Translations under genes and position numbers: made by a program
NCBI GenBank assembly: GCA_051748085.1
Contig: JBNJHA010000003.1
Location: 8,227 to 72,226 of the forward strand
Direction of reading: 5' to 3'
DNA length: 64,000 bases
Origin: Thermodesulfobacteriota bacterium
Lineage (GTDB): Bacteria; Desulfobacterota; Desulfovibrionia; Desulfovibrionales; Desulfonatronovibrionaceae
Shown: positions 50,021-58,672 of the stretch, in pieces
Layout of the letters: each line of letters opens with the position of its first letter
Numbering within the stretch: the stretch's first letter is position 1
Notes under the pieces: generated by a model
Told to the model about the DNA's origin: nothing
Seen by the model: only the letters and a program-made list of their open reading frames with translations
Databases searched by the model: none

Positions 50021-50307
50021 CCGTTTTAAGGCCGTACAAAATAAATTTACTCTTGATTTTTTAAACAAATAAGAGCAAAAAGGTTTACCAGAATATAAAT
50101 AAATCAATAAATCAGCTTGTTGATGTCGGATTTGAATTGCCGATTTTTGTCCGTTTGGGGGAAATATTGATCAGCAATGCATACAGTTAATACACCGGGG
50201 GCGTCCATCAATTGACGCGCCGGCGGTAAGTCATCCGGGCTGAATAAGTATAAGTCTTTGTTTCTGTTGTTGTCTGTTAACTAATAAACTTAAAGGACAG
50301 GGGAAAA

Positions 50308-51804
50308 ATGGCACAAAGAGAGCAATGGGGAACCAGATTGGGTTTTATTCTGGCGGCAGTAGGATCGGCCATTGGCCTGGGGAACATTTGGCGTTTTCCG
50401 TACATGGCCTATGAAAACGGCGGGGGCGCATTTTTAATCCCGTATTTTTTTGCCATGCTCACGGCGGGGATTCCGATTATTATACTTGAATTTTCGCTCG
50501 GGCATAAATTTCGCGGCGCCGCTCCAAAGGCTTTTTCCAAGATTTCCAAAAAAATGGAATGGCTTGGATGGTGGCAGGTGCTAGTTTCTTTTATTATTGC
50601 CATATATTATGTGGCGGTTATCGGTTGGGCCATGGACTATTTCTATCTGGCCTTCAGTCAGGGCTGGGGAACCGATACCAAGGGGTTTTTCTTCGGAGAT
50701 TTTCTCGGACTTACCGGCGGAGCCATGGAATGGGGCAGCATTCAAATGCATATTTTTATACCGGTGGTTATTGCCTGGGCCCTTACCTGGCTGGTACTCT
50801 CCAGTGGAGTAAGAAAAGGCATTGAATTGGCAAACAAAATTTTCATGCCGCTTCTTTTCATATTGGTTTTGCTTATTGTCGGCCGCGCAGTAACCCTGCC
50901 GGGAGCGGCCGAAGGTCTGCAATGGCTGTTCCGCCCCGATTTCAGCAAGATACTCGATTATCAGGTATGGGCTGATGCTTACGGACAGATATTTTTCACC
51001 CTGAGCGTGGGCTTTGCCATTATGATTACTTATTCCAGTTATCTGCCATCAAAGTCGGATATAAACAACAACGGGTTTATGACTGTTTTTATTAATTGCG
51101 GCTTCAGCGTATTGGCCGGTATAATGATATTCGGCGTGTTGGGCTACATGGCAGTACAGGAAGGCGTTGGTATAAACGAAGTGGCCGGGGCCGGAGTCGG
51201 GCTGGCGTTTGTCACTCTGCCGAAAGCAATTAATCTGCTGCCCATGCCGATATTTTTCGGGACCTTGTTTTTCGCGGCTTTGGTATTTGCCGGGCTAAGT
51301 TCGTTTATTTCCATAAATGAAGCCTGTTGTTCCGCCTTGATTGATAAGTTTGGATGGAGCCGGAAATTTACCGTGAGCTTATATACAGTGGTTGGATTTC
51401 TGGCCAGCTTGATCTTTGTTACTGGCGGTGGTCTTTACGCGCTGGATATTGTCGACCATTTCATCAATAATTTCGGCATCGTCTTTTGTGTACTGGTTGA
51501 AGTACTTTTTCTGGGCTGGTTTTTCAAGACGGAAACTTTGCGCGGACATGTGAACAAGATTTCCGACTTCAAAGTTGGCTACTGGTGGACGTTGTGCCTT
51601 AAGATCATAACACCCATAGTTTTGGGATACATGGCGATTGCCAATTTTATTGGCGATATAAACGAACCATATGGCGGATATTCAATTGACGCCCTGGTAT
51701 ATATGGGTTGGTTCGTTGTTGTCGGGGTCTTTATTGTATCCTTTTTACTGCAAATGTTTAAAGGGCAGGACACAGGAATAGATAAATTTGTGGATAATGA
51801 ATAA
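50308..51804 (+). CDS. neurotransmitter:sodium symporter (NSS/SNF) family transporter
   Basis: It has the signature GSAIGLGNIWRFPY and is a 498-aa polytopic protein. Confidence 0.9.
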   Translation: MAQREQWGTRLGFILAAVGSAIGLGNIWRFPYMAYENGGGAFLIPYFFAMLTAGIPIIILEFSLGHKFRGAAPKAFSKISKKMEWLGWWQVLVSFIIAIYYVAVIGWAMDYFYLAFSQGWGTDTKGFFFGDFLGLTGGAMEWGSIQMHIFIPVVIAWALTWLVLSSGVRKGIELANKIFMPLLFILVLLIVGRAVTLPGAAEGLQWLFRPDFSKILDYQVWADAYGQIFFTLSVGFAIMITYSSYLPSKSDINNNGFMTVFINCGFSVLAGIMIFGVLGYMAVQEGVGINEVAGAGVGLAFVTLPKAINLLPMPIFFGTLFFAALVFAGLSSFISINEACCSALIDKFGWSRKFTVSLYTVVGFLASLIFVTGGGLYALDIVDHFINNFGIVFCVLVEVLFLGWFFKTETLRGHVNKISDFKVGYWWTLCLKIITPIVLGYMAIANFIGDINEPYGGYSIDALVYMGWFVVVGVFIVSFLLQMFKGQDTGIDKFVDNE

Positions 51805-51819
51805 ATTCGGGAGGTTGCT

Positions 51820-51921
51820 ATGAGTTTTGGGGCCATTGTCATGATGATTCTGGGATTGGGCGTGACTTGGGGCGGAGCAGCTTATTGTTTGCGTATAGCC
51901 CTTAAAAAAAGAGATATATAA
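51820..51921 (+). CDS. 33-aa single-TM micro-protein, MetS-like small partner of the NSS transporter (not in the ORF track)
   Basis: My translation is MSFGAIVMMILGLGVTWGGAAYCLRIALKKRDI. A GGGAGG SD lies 5 nt upstream and the gene starts 15 nt after the transporter stop. The MetP/MetS-type pairing is known for NSS methionine/alanine importers. Confidence 0.5.
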   Translation: MSFGAIVMMILGLGVTWGGAAYCLRIALKKRDI

Positions 51922-51950
51922 AAACTGAACTTTATAACTTGAATTAAAGC

Positions 51951-51990
51951 AAAAAGCCCGGCAAGGCGAAATTTCCTTGCCGGGCTTTTT
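51951..51990 (+). terminator. rho-independent terminator of the NSS operon
   Basis: GCCCGGCAAGG pairs with CCTTGCCGGGC as an 11-bp GC-rich stem, followed by TTTTT. Confidence 0.85.
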
Positions 51991-52008
51991 GTATCTGTTC
52001 AGTAAATT
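51991..52008 (+). repeat. REP-like palindrome family, left arm interrupted by MITE copy C
   Basis: GTATCTGTTCAGTAAATT is followed directly by the GGCTCTTCGACG terminus. Confidence 0.6.
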
Positions 52009-52312
52009 GGCTCTTCGACGGAATGCATGGATTTTTGCGAGTTATTCTCCTGATCCTTTTGCTGCTGCACTTTCGGTTCTGTATTTTCTAAGCCCCGCCA
52101 AAGGGGGATGCCCGCCCCCTTCGGCCTCGCTGATTCCAAAGAAAGGCAGTTTTTGTTATCGGCAATGCCAATTGGTTTGAAAGCTTATGTTTGTGTTCCG
52201 TCCCGCGGTCCGCTTTCCCCCTTTTGGCGAGGGCAGGAAAATATGCGAACCTTTCGTCAGGAACATCAGAAAGGATCACTCGAATAAAATCTACACCCAA
52301 CATCGAGGAACC
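52009..52312 (+). mobile_element. MITE-like non-autonomous element, copy C
   Basis: The termini are GGCTCTTCGACG and CATCGAGGAACC. The flanking 8-mers AGTAAATT and AGCAAATT match 7/8. It has no credible ORF. Confidence 0.7.
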
Positions 52313-52484
52313 AGCAAATTTTTGCTGCCCGTGCTTTCGGACTGCTTGTTTATTATCTATTTCGTAAAGGTATTCCTTCGCAGCCGGTTTTTCCCGTTCG
52401 GTCAAGAACGGTTCTTCGGTCGCCAAAGGCTCCCTCAGAATGACAAAAGAGGGAACGCCTGCATTAAGTTTTCGGCGATCATCA

Positions 52485-53447
52485 TCACTTGTTTTCTCTG
52501 TGGTTTTCACCGAGATATTTTTCAATCAGATCGGTAGCCCGCCGGGCAAGTTCTCCAACTTCCGGTTTGGATATTTGATCATCCGCCCCCACAGCTTCCC
52601 CTTTATGTCTGAGTTTTTCACTTATCAGTGAAGAGAACAATATGACTGGAAGAACCTTTAGTTCCGGATCTTCTTTAATGTTTTTCGTCAAATGCATTCC
52701 GTCCATTGTGGGCATTTCAATATCTGAAATAACAATATTCAAATAATCGGTTATGTTTTTCTTATTTTTTTTAGCCTGTTTTTTAATTTCCTGTATGTAT
52801 TCCCAAGCCTCTCCGCCATGATTCATTTCGGTTATATTGAACCCGGCTTTGTGCAGCATGGTACCAAGCATCTTGCGTAAAAGAGAAGAGTCATCCGCAA
52901 TCAGCGCCTTATAACCCTGAGTGGTGTGTCCAGTCATATTGTCATCCAGGCGCAGGGTAGATCCTGGATGTATTTCACCGACGATTTTTTCCAGATCAAC
53001 CAAAAAAACTATTCTGTCTTCTATCCGGACGACACCGATAACCGAGTGATCGCTGAAGCTGGACACATATTCTCCGGGAGGTTCGACATCCTCCCAACTC
53101 ACCCGGTGTATGCGGTTCACTCCGGATACGAGAAATCCGTTTGTTATCTTGTTGAATTCAGTTACGATAACCTTGGAGTCCTTATCCGTGATTTTCTCTT
53201 TCCCAAGCCAGTGGCTCAGGTCGACCAGAGGGATAACTCCCGAACGCTGTTTAAACGCCCCCAAAACTGAAGAGTGGGGTACCTGCGGCAATTCAGTCAC
53301 CTTGGGGCGTCTGATAATTTCCAGCACCTTGGCTACGTTTACTCCGTAGTAACCGCGGTATTGTTCGTCGTCTCCCTCATCAATAAAAAATTCGACAATC
53401 TCCAGTTCATTAGTTCCGGATTCAAGAAGGATATCGGTCTGTTCCAT
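52485..53447 (-). CDS. cheV: CheV (CheW-like domain fused to a receiver domain)
   Basis: I moved the start to MEQTDILLESGTNELEIVEF. It has a CheW-like N-terminal domain and a receiver domain (ALIADDSS, ISDIEMPTMDG). Confidence 0.9.
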   Translation of the reverse strand: MEQTDILLESGTNELEIVEFFIDEGDDEQYRGYYGVNVAKVLEIIRRPKVTELPQVPHSSVLGAFKQRSGVIPLVDLSHWLGKEKITDKDSKVIVTEFNKITNGFLVSGVNRIHRVSWEDVEPPGEYVSSFSDHSVIGVVRIEDRIVFLVDLEKIVGEIHPGSTLRLDDNMTGHTTQGYKALIADDSSLLRKMLGTMLHKAGFNITEMNHGGEAWEYIQEIKKQAKKNKKNITDYLNIVISDIEMPTMDGMHLTKNIKEDPELKVLPVILFSSLISEKLRHKGEAVGADDQISKPEVGELARRATDLIEKYLGENHRENK

Positions 53448-54315
53448 ATTGTACTCCCTGTGGATCAAGGGCCTTTATGACTTCCTGGATGATGTCACCA
53501 GGGGTGGAGGCTCCAGCGGTGATTCCTATCCGATCATATTTTTTCAGGTTGTTTATGTCCAATTCCCCGGCGGTTTCGATATGCAGACAGGGCAAGGATT
53601 GATCGCTGATTACCTGGACCAATCTCCTGGTGTTTCCGCTTATTCTGCCACCTATAACTAGCATGCAGTCAACCTGCTTGGCAATTAAAATTGCTTCCTG
53701 TTGCCGGTTGCGGGTGGCTTCGCATATAGTGTCCGCAATCCGCAGTTTGCTTCCAAGCTTTTTTTGCAGTTTATCCCGGACGGATCTGAATTGATTTCTG
53801 TCCTGGGTGGTCTGGGCGGTAAGCAGATAATGCCTGTCTGTATTGATTTGCCGTATATTAAGCTGTTTCTCGTTTTCTATTATTGTCCAGTCATTGCGCG
53901 CGTAGCTCAACAGGCCCTTTACCTCAGGGTGTTCAGGTTCTCCAAAAAGCAGGAGATGATTGTCCCGGCTTAATTCGTGGATGGCCCGCTGGGCTTTTTT
54001 GACTTTGGGACAGGTTGCGTCCACAATTTGGGAGCCAATATTCTGCAGCTCCTTTTCCCGGTTAAGCGGTATGCCGTGCGCCCGGATCACGACCCGATCA
54101 TCAGGTTGGGCCTCATTTACGTCCGCGAGAACAATTACTCCTTTTTGCCGATATTTATTCAGTACCTGGGGATTATGAATTATGGGGCCCAAAGTACAGA
54201 TTCTTTTTTGTTTGTTTTCAATCAGGGCCTCATCCAGCTTGTGCAAAGCAAGGCTCACTCCCATGCAAAAGCCAGCTGTCTCAGCAACGATGATATCTGT
54301 TTTTTTTTCGGTCAT
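53422..54315 (-). CDS. ispH: 4-hydroxy-3-methylbut-2-enyl diphosphate reductase
   Basis: I moved the start to MTEKKTDIIVAETAGFCMGV. GPIIHN and ATCPKV are present. Confidence 0.95.
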   Translation of the reverse strand: MTEKKTDIIVAETAGFCMGVSLALHKLDEALIENKQKRICTLGPIIHNPQVLNKYRQKGVIVLADVNEAQPDDRVVIRAHGIPLNREKELQNIGSQIVDATCPKVKKAQRAIHELSRDNHLLLFGEPEHPEVKGLLSYARNDWTIIENEKQLNIRQINTDRHYLLTAQTTQDRNQFRSVRDKLQKKLGSKLRIADTICEATRNRQQEAILIAKQVDCMLVIGGRISGNTRRLVQVISDQSLPCLHIETAGELDINNLKKYDRIGITAGASTPGDIIQEVIKALDPQGVQYGTDRYPS

Positions 54316-54317
54316 TT

Positions 54318-55334
54318 TTATTTTTCGTTTTTTTGTTGATTGTCGTCTGATAGTTTGTCTTCCCCATGGCTGGACTGGTCTTGAAGTTCTTTTATCAAAA
54401 CAGACATATCGTTCCAGTTCCGGCAAAGACATGCCTGCTTGCGGAAAGCTCCGGCTCCGGGAAGCTCGCGAATTATTTTGGGACCAAGGGTCCGTAATTT
54501 TAAGAGACTCTTTTTTTCAGGGGACCATTTGCGATAGACATTGATCAGTTCGGCCAAAACGGACGGTAAATCCGGAAGGGGGGTTGATTCATGTTCATCC
54601 TTGTTCATCATTATAAGCATTTTGGTAAAAATTAAAGGATCGTATAAAGCCCCCCGGGCGAACATAACAGTATCGACATTTGTTTGTTCCAGGCAGCGCA
54701 TGGCATTCTCAGCCGTTATCAGATCACCACTGGCGATAAGCGGGATGTTTAGTCTTTTTTTTAATGTGCACAATGCCGACCAGTCCGCATGACCGGAAAA
54801 TTTTTGTACCGCATAGCGGGGATGCAAGGTTATCCATCCGGCCCCGAGTTGTTCAAGTCCCAGGGCAATGTCCAGGAATGCAGTATGGGCAATGTCCCAT
54901 CCAAGTCTGAGTTTGAACCCGACCATTTTTTCTCCACAGACCGCGATCAGCTCGCGGGCGATATTGAAAAGTCGTTTTTGGTCGAGAAGCAATGCCGCGC
55001 CGGATCCAGTTTTGGTAACTTTTTTTACCGAACAGCCGCAATTGAAATCAAAGAAAACAAAATGTTCCTTTTTTAGGTTAAAAGCGGCTTTAGCGACTAT
55101 TTCCGGGTTGGAGCCAAATAATTGAACAACAAGAGGAACATCATCAGGGCAGGTATGTAAAAGATCCCGGGTACCTTTATTTCCGTACAATAGACCTTTT
55201 GCGCTGATCATTTCCGTACAGGCCACCTTGCATCCGTAACCACGGCACATAAGCCGAAAGGGAAGGTCCGTAAAACCGGCCATGGGAGCCAGCCAGGGTG
55301 AATCGGGTGTGATTGGGAGTTTGTCAGCGGGCAT
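54318..55334 (-). CDS. dus: tRNA dihydrouridine synthase
   Basis: LAPMAGFTDLPFR and FDFNCGC are present, and the pattern fits a TIM barrel. Confidence 0.9.
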   Translation of the reverse strand: MPADKLPITPDSPWLAPMAGFTDLPFRLMCRGYGCKVACTEMISAKGLLYGNKGTRDLLHTCPDDVPLVVQLFGSNPEIVAKAAFNLKKEHFVFFDFNCGCSVKKVTKTGSGAALLLDQKRLFNIARELIAVCGEKMVGFKLRLGWDIAHTAFLDIALGLEQLGAGWITLHPRYAVQKFSGHADWSALCTLKKRLNIPLIASGDLITAENAMRCLEQTNVDTVMFARGALYDPLIFTKMLIMMNKDEHESTPLPDLPSVLAELINVYRKWSPEKKSLLKLRTLGPKIIRELPGAGAFRKQACLCRNWNDMSVLIKELQDQSSHGEDKLSDDNQQKNEK

Positions 55335-55335
55335 G

Positions 55336-55632
55336 TCAGACCAAAATATTTATGCCGTCCCGGTCAGTCAGATCTACTTCCTGTAGTCTGATTTCCGGGT
55401 ATAAAGCGATTACCTGAAAGGAAAGTATCTTGCCTTCCGGATATCCCGGACGGATATCAGCCAGGAGGTTCATGTCTTCAATACGGATTATGGCGAATTT
55501 TTTTCCGATATATTCCAGAACGTAGCCTTGTACGATATCGTTGATCTGATATAATTGGCGGAATTTTTTTTGGCGCGGGTTTGAAGGATACTGGTAAAGA
55601 TACTTAAAATTTTTGCCATTTTTTATGCGCAT
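55336..55632 (-). CDS. hypothetical 98-aa protein
   Basis: It fills the gap between the GT2 gene and dus exactly, 1 nt from the dus start. It has no clear SD and I recognise no family. Confidence 0.45.
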   Translation of the reverse strand: MRIKNGKNFKYLYQYPSNPRQKKFRQLYQINDIVQGYVLEYIGKKFAIIRIEDMNLLADIRPGYPEGKILSFQVIALYPEIRLQEVDLTDRDGINILV

Positions 55633-55638
55633 AAAGAC

Positions 55639-56439
55639 CTATACCGATCCAGACCTTTTGGAAAGATTCGTCGTCTTTACTTGAGGCAATACCCGGCGTG
55701 ATTTCATCCATCTAACAGCCAGCGTGTCCGCCAAACCCACCCACAATCTATTGCCGATGCCATATCTTGTTTGTCCCTGTTGTCTGGGTCTGTGGTTGAC
55801 CTCGAGTTCTTCAATTCGTTCAAATCCGTTTATTCTGGCCAGGGTAGGTATAAAACGGTGCATGCCATGAAATACAAATGTCCCCTGGAGGCAATCTCGC
55901 CGGAAAACCCGCATGGAACATCCAATATCGCTGATGTTTTCGCCGGTTACCATGTTTCGAAATCCATTTCCGATTCTGGAAGACAGTTTGCGGATTATTG
56001 TGTCCCGGCGCCGGGCTCTTTTGCCATTAACCATGTCCGCTTTATTTTTTAAAAGTTGATTAACCAGCCGGGGAATGTCGGCGGGATCATTTTGTCCGTC
56101 CCCGTCCATGGTTGCCAGGATCGCTCCCCTGCTTTCCTGCATGGCCGTGTGCAGAGCGGCTGACTGGCCGTAATTCTTATCCAGTATAAGAAAGTAATGT
56201 CCGGGATAATTATTTGCCGTGTCCTGCAATACTCTGGCCGTGGCATCGTTGGATGCGTCATCTACCCAGATGCATTCCCTTGTTAATTGAAGACCGGAGC
56301 AGGCAGTTTCTATTTCTGATGCCAGCGCGGGTATGTTGGGGGCCTCGTCTTTTACTGGTATTAGAATGCTGAGTTCAATCACATGGCTGTCCGCTGAAAT
56401 CGTTATCAAATCAATTCCTTTGATTTTCCGCGCTTTCAA
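55639..56439 (-). CDS. GT2 glycosyltransferase (polyprenol-phosphate glycosyltransferase-like)
   Basis: LSILIPVKDE, VDDASND and MDGDGQNDP (the DxD motif) are present. The start is uncertain because the ORF-track start is a TTG that overlaps the upstream gene. Confidence 0.85.
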   Translation of the reverse strand: MKARKIKGIDLITISADSHVIELSILIPVKDEAPNIPALASEIETACSGLQLTRECIWVDDASNDATARVLQDTANNYPGHYFLILDKNYGQSAALHTAMQESRGAILATMDGDGQNDPADIPRLVNQLLKNKADMVNGKRARRRDTIIRKLSSRIGNGFRNMVTGENISDIGCSMRVFRRDCLQGTFVFHGMHRFIPTLARINGFERIEELEVNHRPRQQGQTRYGIGNRLWVGLADTLAVRWMKSRRVLPQVKTTNLSKRSGSV

Positions 56440-56839
56440 CGATGAGTTCTATTTCATCCCGGGAAAGTCCGCTATTGTCAGCCAATTCTTCAATACTTTT
56501 GCCCTGCCGCAAGCCTTTCAATATTGATTGGCGGACAAATTGGGGGGATTTTGCGAAGCCATCCGCGATCTGCAGCAGTTTTTTTAGTTCACTGGCACGG
56601 TTTTCCAGTTTTTTTTCCAACTCCATGAGCTCTTTTTGCCTTTCCTCGAAATTGTGAACCATTTCCTGTTCCAGTATTGCATTGAAGTTCAACTTTTCAA
56701 GAAAGGTTTTTTGTTTTTTCTGCATTTGATCCAGGATATTTTCCGAACGCTTTAGGCGCAGAAAGAAAAAAAGGACCAAGAGCAAAAGAAGAATCTCTAT
56801 AATTCCGGTTGCGATTATTGTCCAATGAAATGGTTCCAT
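56411..56839 (-). CDS. membrane-anchored coiled-coil/HTH-like protein (DUF2802-like, flagellar-cluster associated)
   Basis: It has an N-terminal TM segment, a coiled coil, and the C-terminal segment GKSIEELADNSGLSRDEIELI. The family assignment is from recollection. Confidence 0.5.
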   Translation of the reverse strand: MEPFHWTIIATGIIEILLLLLVLFFFLRLKRSENILDQMQKKQKTFLEKLNFNAILEQEMVHNFEERQKELMELEKKLENRASELKKLLQIADGFAKSPQFVRQSILKGLRQGKSIEELADNSGLSRDEIELIVESAENQRN

Positions 56840-56905
56840 TATTCTGTATGCTTTTTCCGTGGGCAGCTAAGCGGGCAGGTTGCAACTGTCCGGATTAACT
56901 ATCTT

Positions 56906-57229
56906 TTAAATTTCCAGATTCAAAATGTTGCCGACATTGGGATCTATGTTTTTTTCAATATCGTCCTGGTCCCCGGAGTTCTTTTTTTGTTGGGATTGGC
57001 GAGTCATATTTTTGTGTTTTCTTTGTTCATGATCTTCCTCACGCACAGAAAGATTGGTTTCGGTTTTATCCGTTTTCGGGATCTGTTGTTTTGCCCGTTT
57101 ATGCCTCTCCACGGCAAGCGCACCCATTAGATGCTGCTGTGTTCCAGGAGCATCCTGGATAGCGACCTGAAACCTCTGCAGGTTGGGAGTCTGCGAAATC
57201 AAAATGGGCAGTTGTTGAAAGGTGTTCAT
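56906..57229 (-). CDS. hypothetical low-complexity basic/acidic protein (107 aa)
   Basis: This is the only co-oriented ORF in a ~690-nt gap. It has no SD and its C-terminal half is low complexity, so it may not be coding. Confidence 0.3.
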   Translation of the reverse strand: MNTFQQLPILISQTPNLQRFQVAIQDAPGTQQHLMGALAVERHKRAKQQIPKTDKTETNLSVREEDHEQRKHKNMTRQSQQKKNSGDQDDIEKNIDPNVGNILNLEI

Positions 57230-57528
57230 ATCGTCTTTGTCAAGGCAATTTTGGGTCTATTTCTATTGTTAACAGTGAACAACGGGCAATGTACGCTGCT
57301 TTTTATGCCGTCTGTCTTTTTAAGGCGCAAATTTTACGTCGTTCAGAAGGCGATGATGTATTTAAACGGATATTTTATTCAGGCCGGCTTTTTCCTTTTG
57401 ACGGTGCCGGGAAACCAGGCGAGATTGTTTTCAGTATTCAAAAAGATCAGGTGAAAGAAAACCCGCGGGAAATGTCAAGGAACCGGGATTATTAGATCGA
57501 GCCAATGGCGATTTTGGGCGGGATGCGC

Positions 57529-58218
57529 TTATTTTATGATATATTCCTCGATAAGCAACTTGGTTATGCGCCCATTGCTCAAATATTGGTTGATCACGCT
57601 TAAAATGTCTTCTTTGATTTTGTCCGCGTTTTTTTGATCACGCAAAAACAGGAGTTCCTTGTTTTTAAGGTAGTAAAATATAGCATCACGAATGGTTGTT
57701 TTTTTTCGTTTTACCTCCCATACAAGACGTTCGTTACGGGTAGACATGGAAAATTTGCAGGTCAGAAAAATTGTTTTGCCATCCACGTCATGCGGCACCC
57801 AGAATTCATCGAGTGCTATTTTTTGTAATGGTTTTTTTTCCGCTTTTTCTAACTCTGCTTCTTCCGCGGGAGGGGGTTTGGGAGCCGGCTCTCTGAGTAT
57901 AAAATAAGTAAGTATTCCTCCTAGTAAAAGGATTAAAAGAGCGATTCCGGCCAGGAACCATTTTTTTTTCCATAGAGGAGGTTCAGATTCTTCTTTGTCG
58001 GATTTCTTTTCTTTTTCTTTTTTTTGCTCTACTTCTTTTTCCGGTTTTTCCTCTTCAAAATCTTCGTCCAGGAAAGGGGCATCATCCAGGTCAAGCTCAA
58101 CTTTCTCCGAACTGCTGTCAAATTTCTGCCCACTGACGTCCAGTTGGACCGAATCCTGCTCCTGGTTTTGTTCGGAATTATTCTCTTCGGCTTCTTCCGT
58201 GGCCTGTTTTTCGTCCAT
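57529..58218 (-). CDS. fliL: FliL-like flagellar basal-body-associated protein with an acidic N-terminal extension
   Basis: It has a single TM segment (WFLAGIALLILLLGGILTYFIL) followed by a FliL-like C-terminal domain (TIRDAIFYYLKNK...). Confidence 0.65.
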   Translation of the reverse strand: MDEKQATEEAEENNSEQNQEQDSVQLDVSGQKFDSSSEKVELDLDDAPFLDEDFEEEKPEKEVEQKKEKEKKSDKEESEPPLWKKKWFLAGIALLILLLGGILTYFILREPAPKPPPAEEAELEKAEKKPLQKIALDEFWVPHDVDGKTIFLTCKFSMSTRNERLVWEVKRKKTTIRDAIFYYLKNKELLFLRDQKNADKIKEDILSVINQYLSNGRITKLLIEEYIIK

Positions 58219-58241
58219 GCTTTCGGATCTCCCCGGAAGAT

Positions 58242-58269
58242 TTATCCGGAACTGAAAAGGGTATTTTTA
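58242..58269 (-). promoter_or_regulatory. possible sigma-28 (FliA)-type promoter upstream of the fliL-like gene
   Basis: The minus strand reads TAAA-N16-CCGGATAA, against the consensus TAAA-N15-GCCGATAA. The -10 element matches 6/8 and the spacing is off by one. It ends 24 nt upstream of the ATG. Confidence 0.3.
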
Positions 58270-58276
58270 CGTTTCG

Positions 58277-58660
58277 CTATTCAAATATTTTATCTATCTT
58301 CTGGCCAAGGGTTTCCGCGGTAAAGGGCTTGACAATATAGTTGGAAACCTTGGCCTGTACGGCTTCAATTATATTTTCCTGTTGGGCTTCAGCCGTAACC
58401 ATGAGAAAGGGCATGTCAGCAAATTCCTCGCTGGCCCTTACTTTGCGCAAAAGTTCAATGCCGGTCATCTTGGGCATGTTCCAATCGCTGACTATAAAAT
58501 CTATTTTGTCTTTATTCAGAGTGTCCCAGGCTGTTGTGCCGTCATCGGCCTCGACGATATTATTGTAGCCCAACTGGCGCATGATGTTTTTGATAATCCT
58601 GCGCATGGTTGAGAAGTCATCCACAATTAATACCCGCATATTTTTGTCTATTTCAGCCAT
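58277..58660 (-). CDS. cheY: chemotaxis response regulator CheY
   Basis: 127 aa, a single receiver domain with VDDFSTMRR, SDWNMP and the conserved Lys region YIVKPF. Confidence 0.9.
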   Translation of the reverse strand: MAEIDKNMRVLIVDDFSTMRRIIKNIMRQLGYNNIVEADDGTTAWDTLNKDKIDFIVSDWNMPKMTGIELLRKVRASEEFADMPFLMVTAEAQQENIIEAVQAKVSNYIVKPFTAETLGQKIDKIFE

Positions 58661-58672
58661 GAATCTTTCCCC

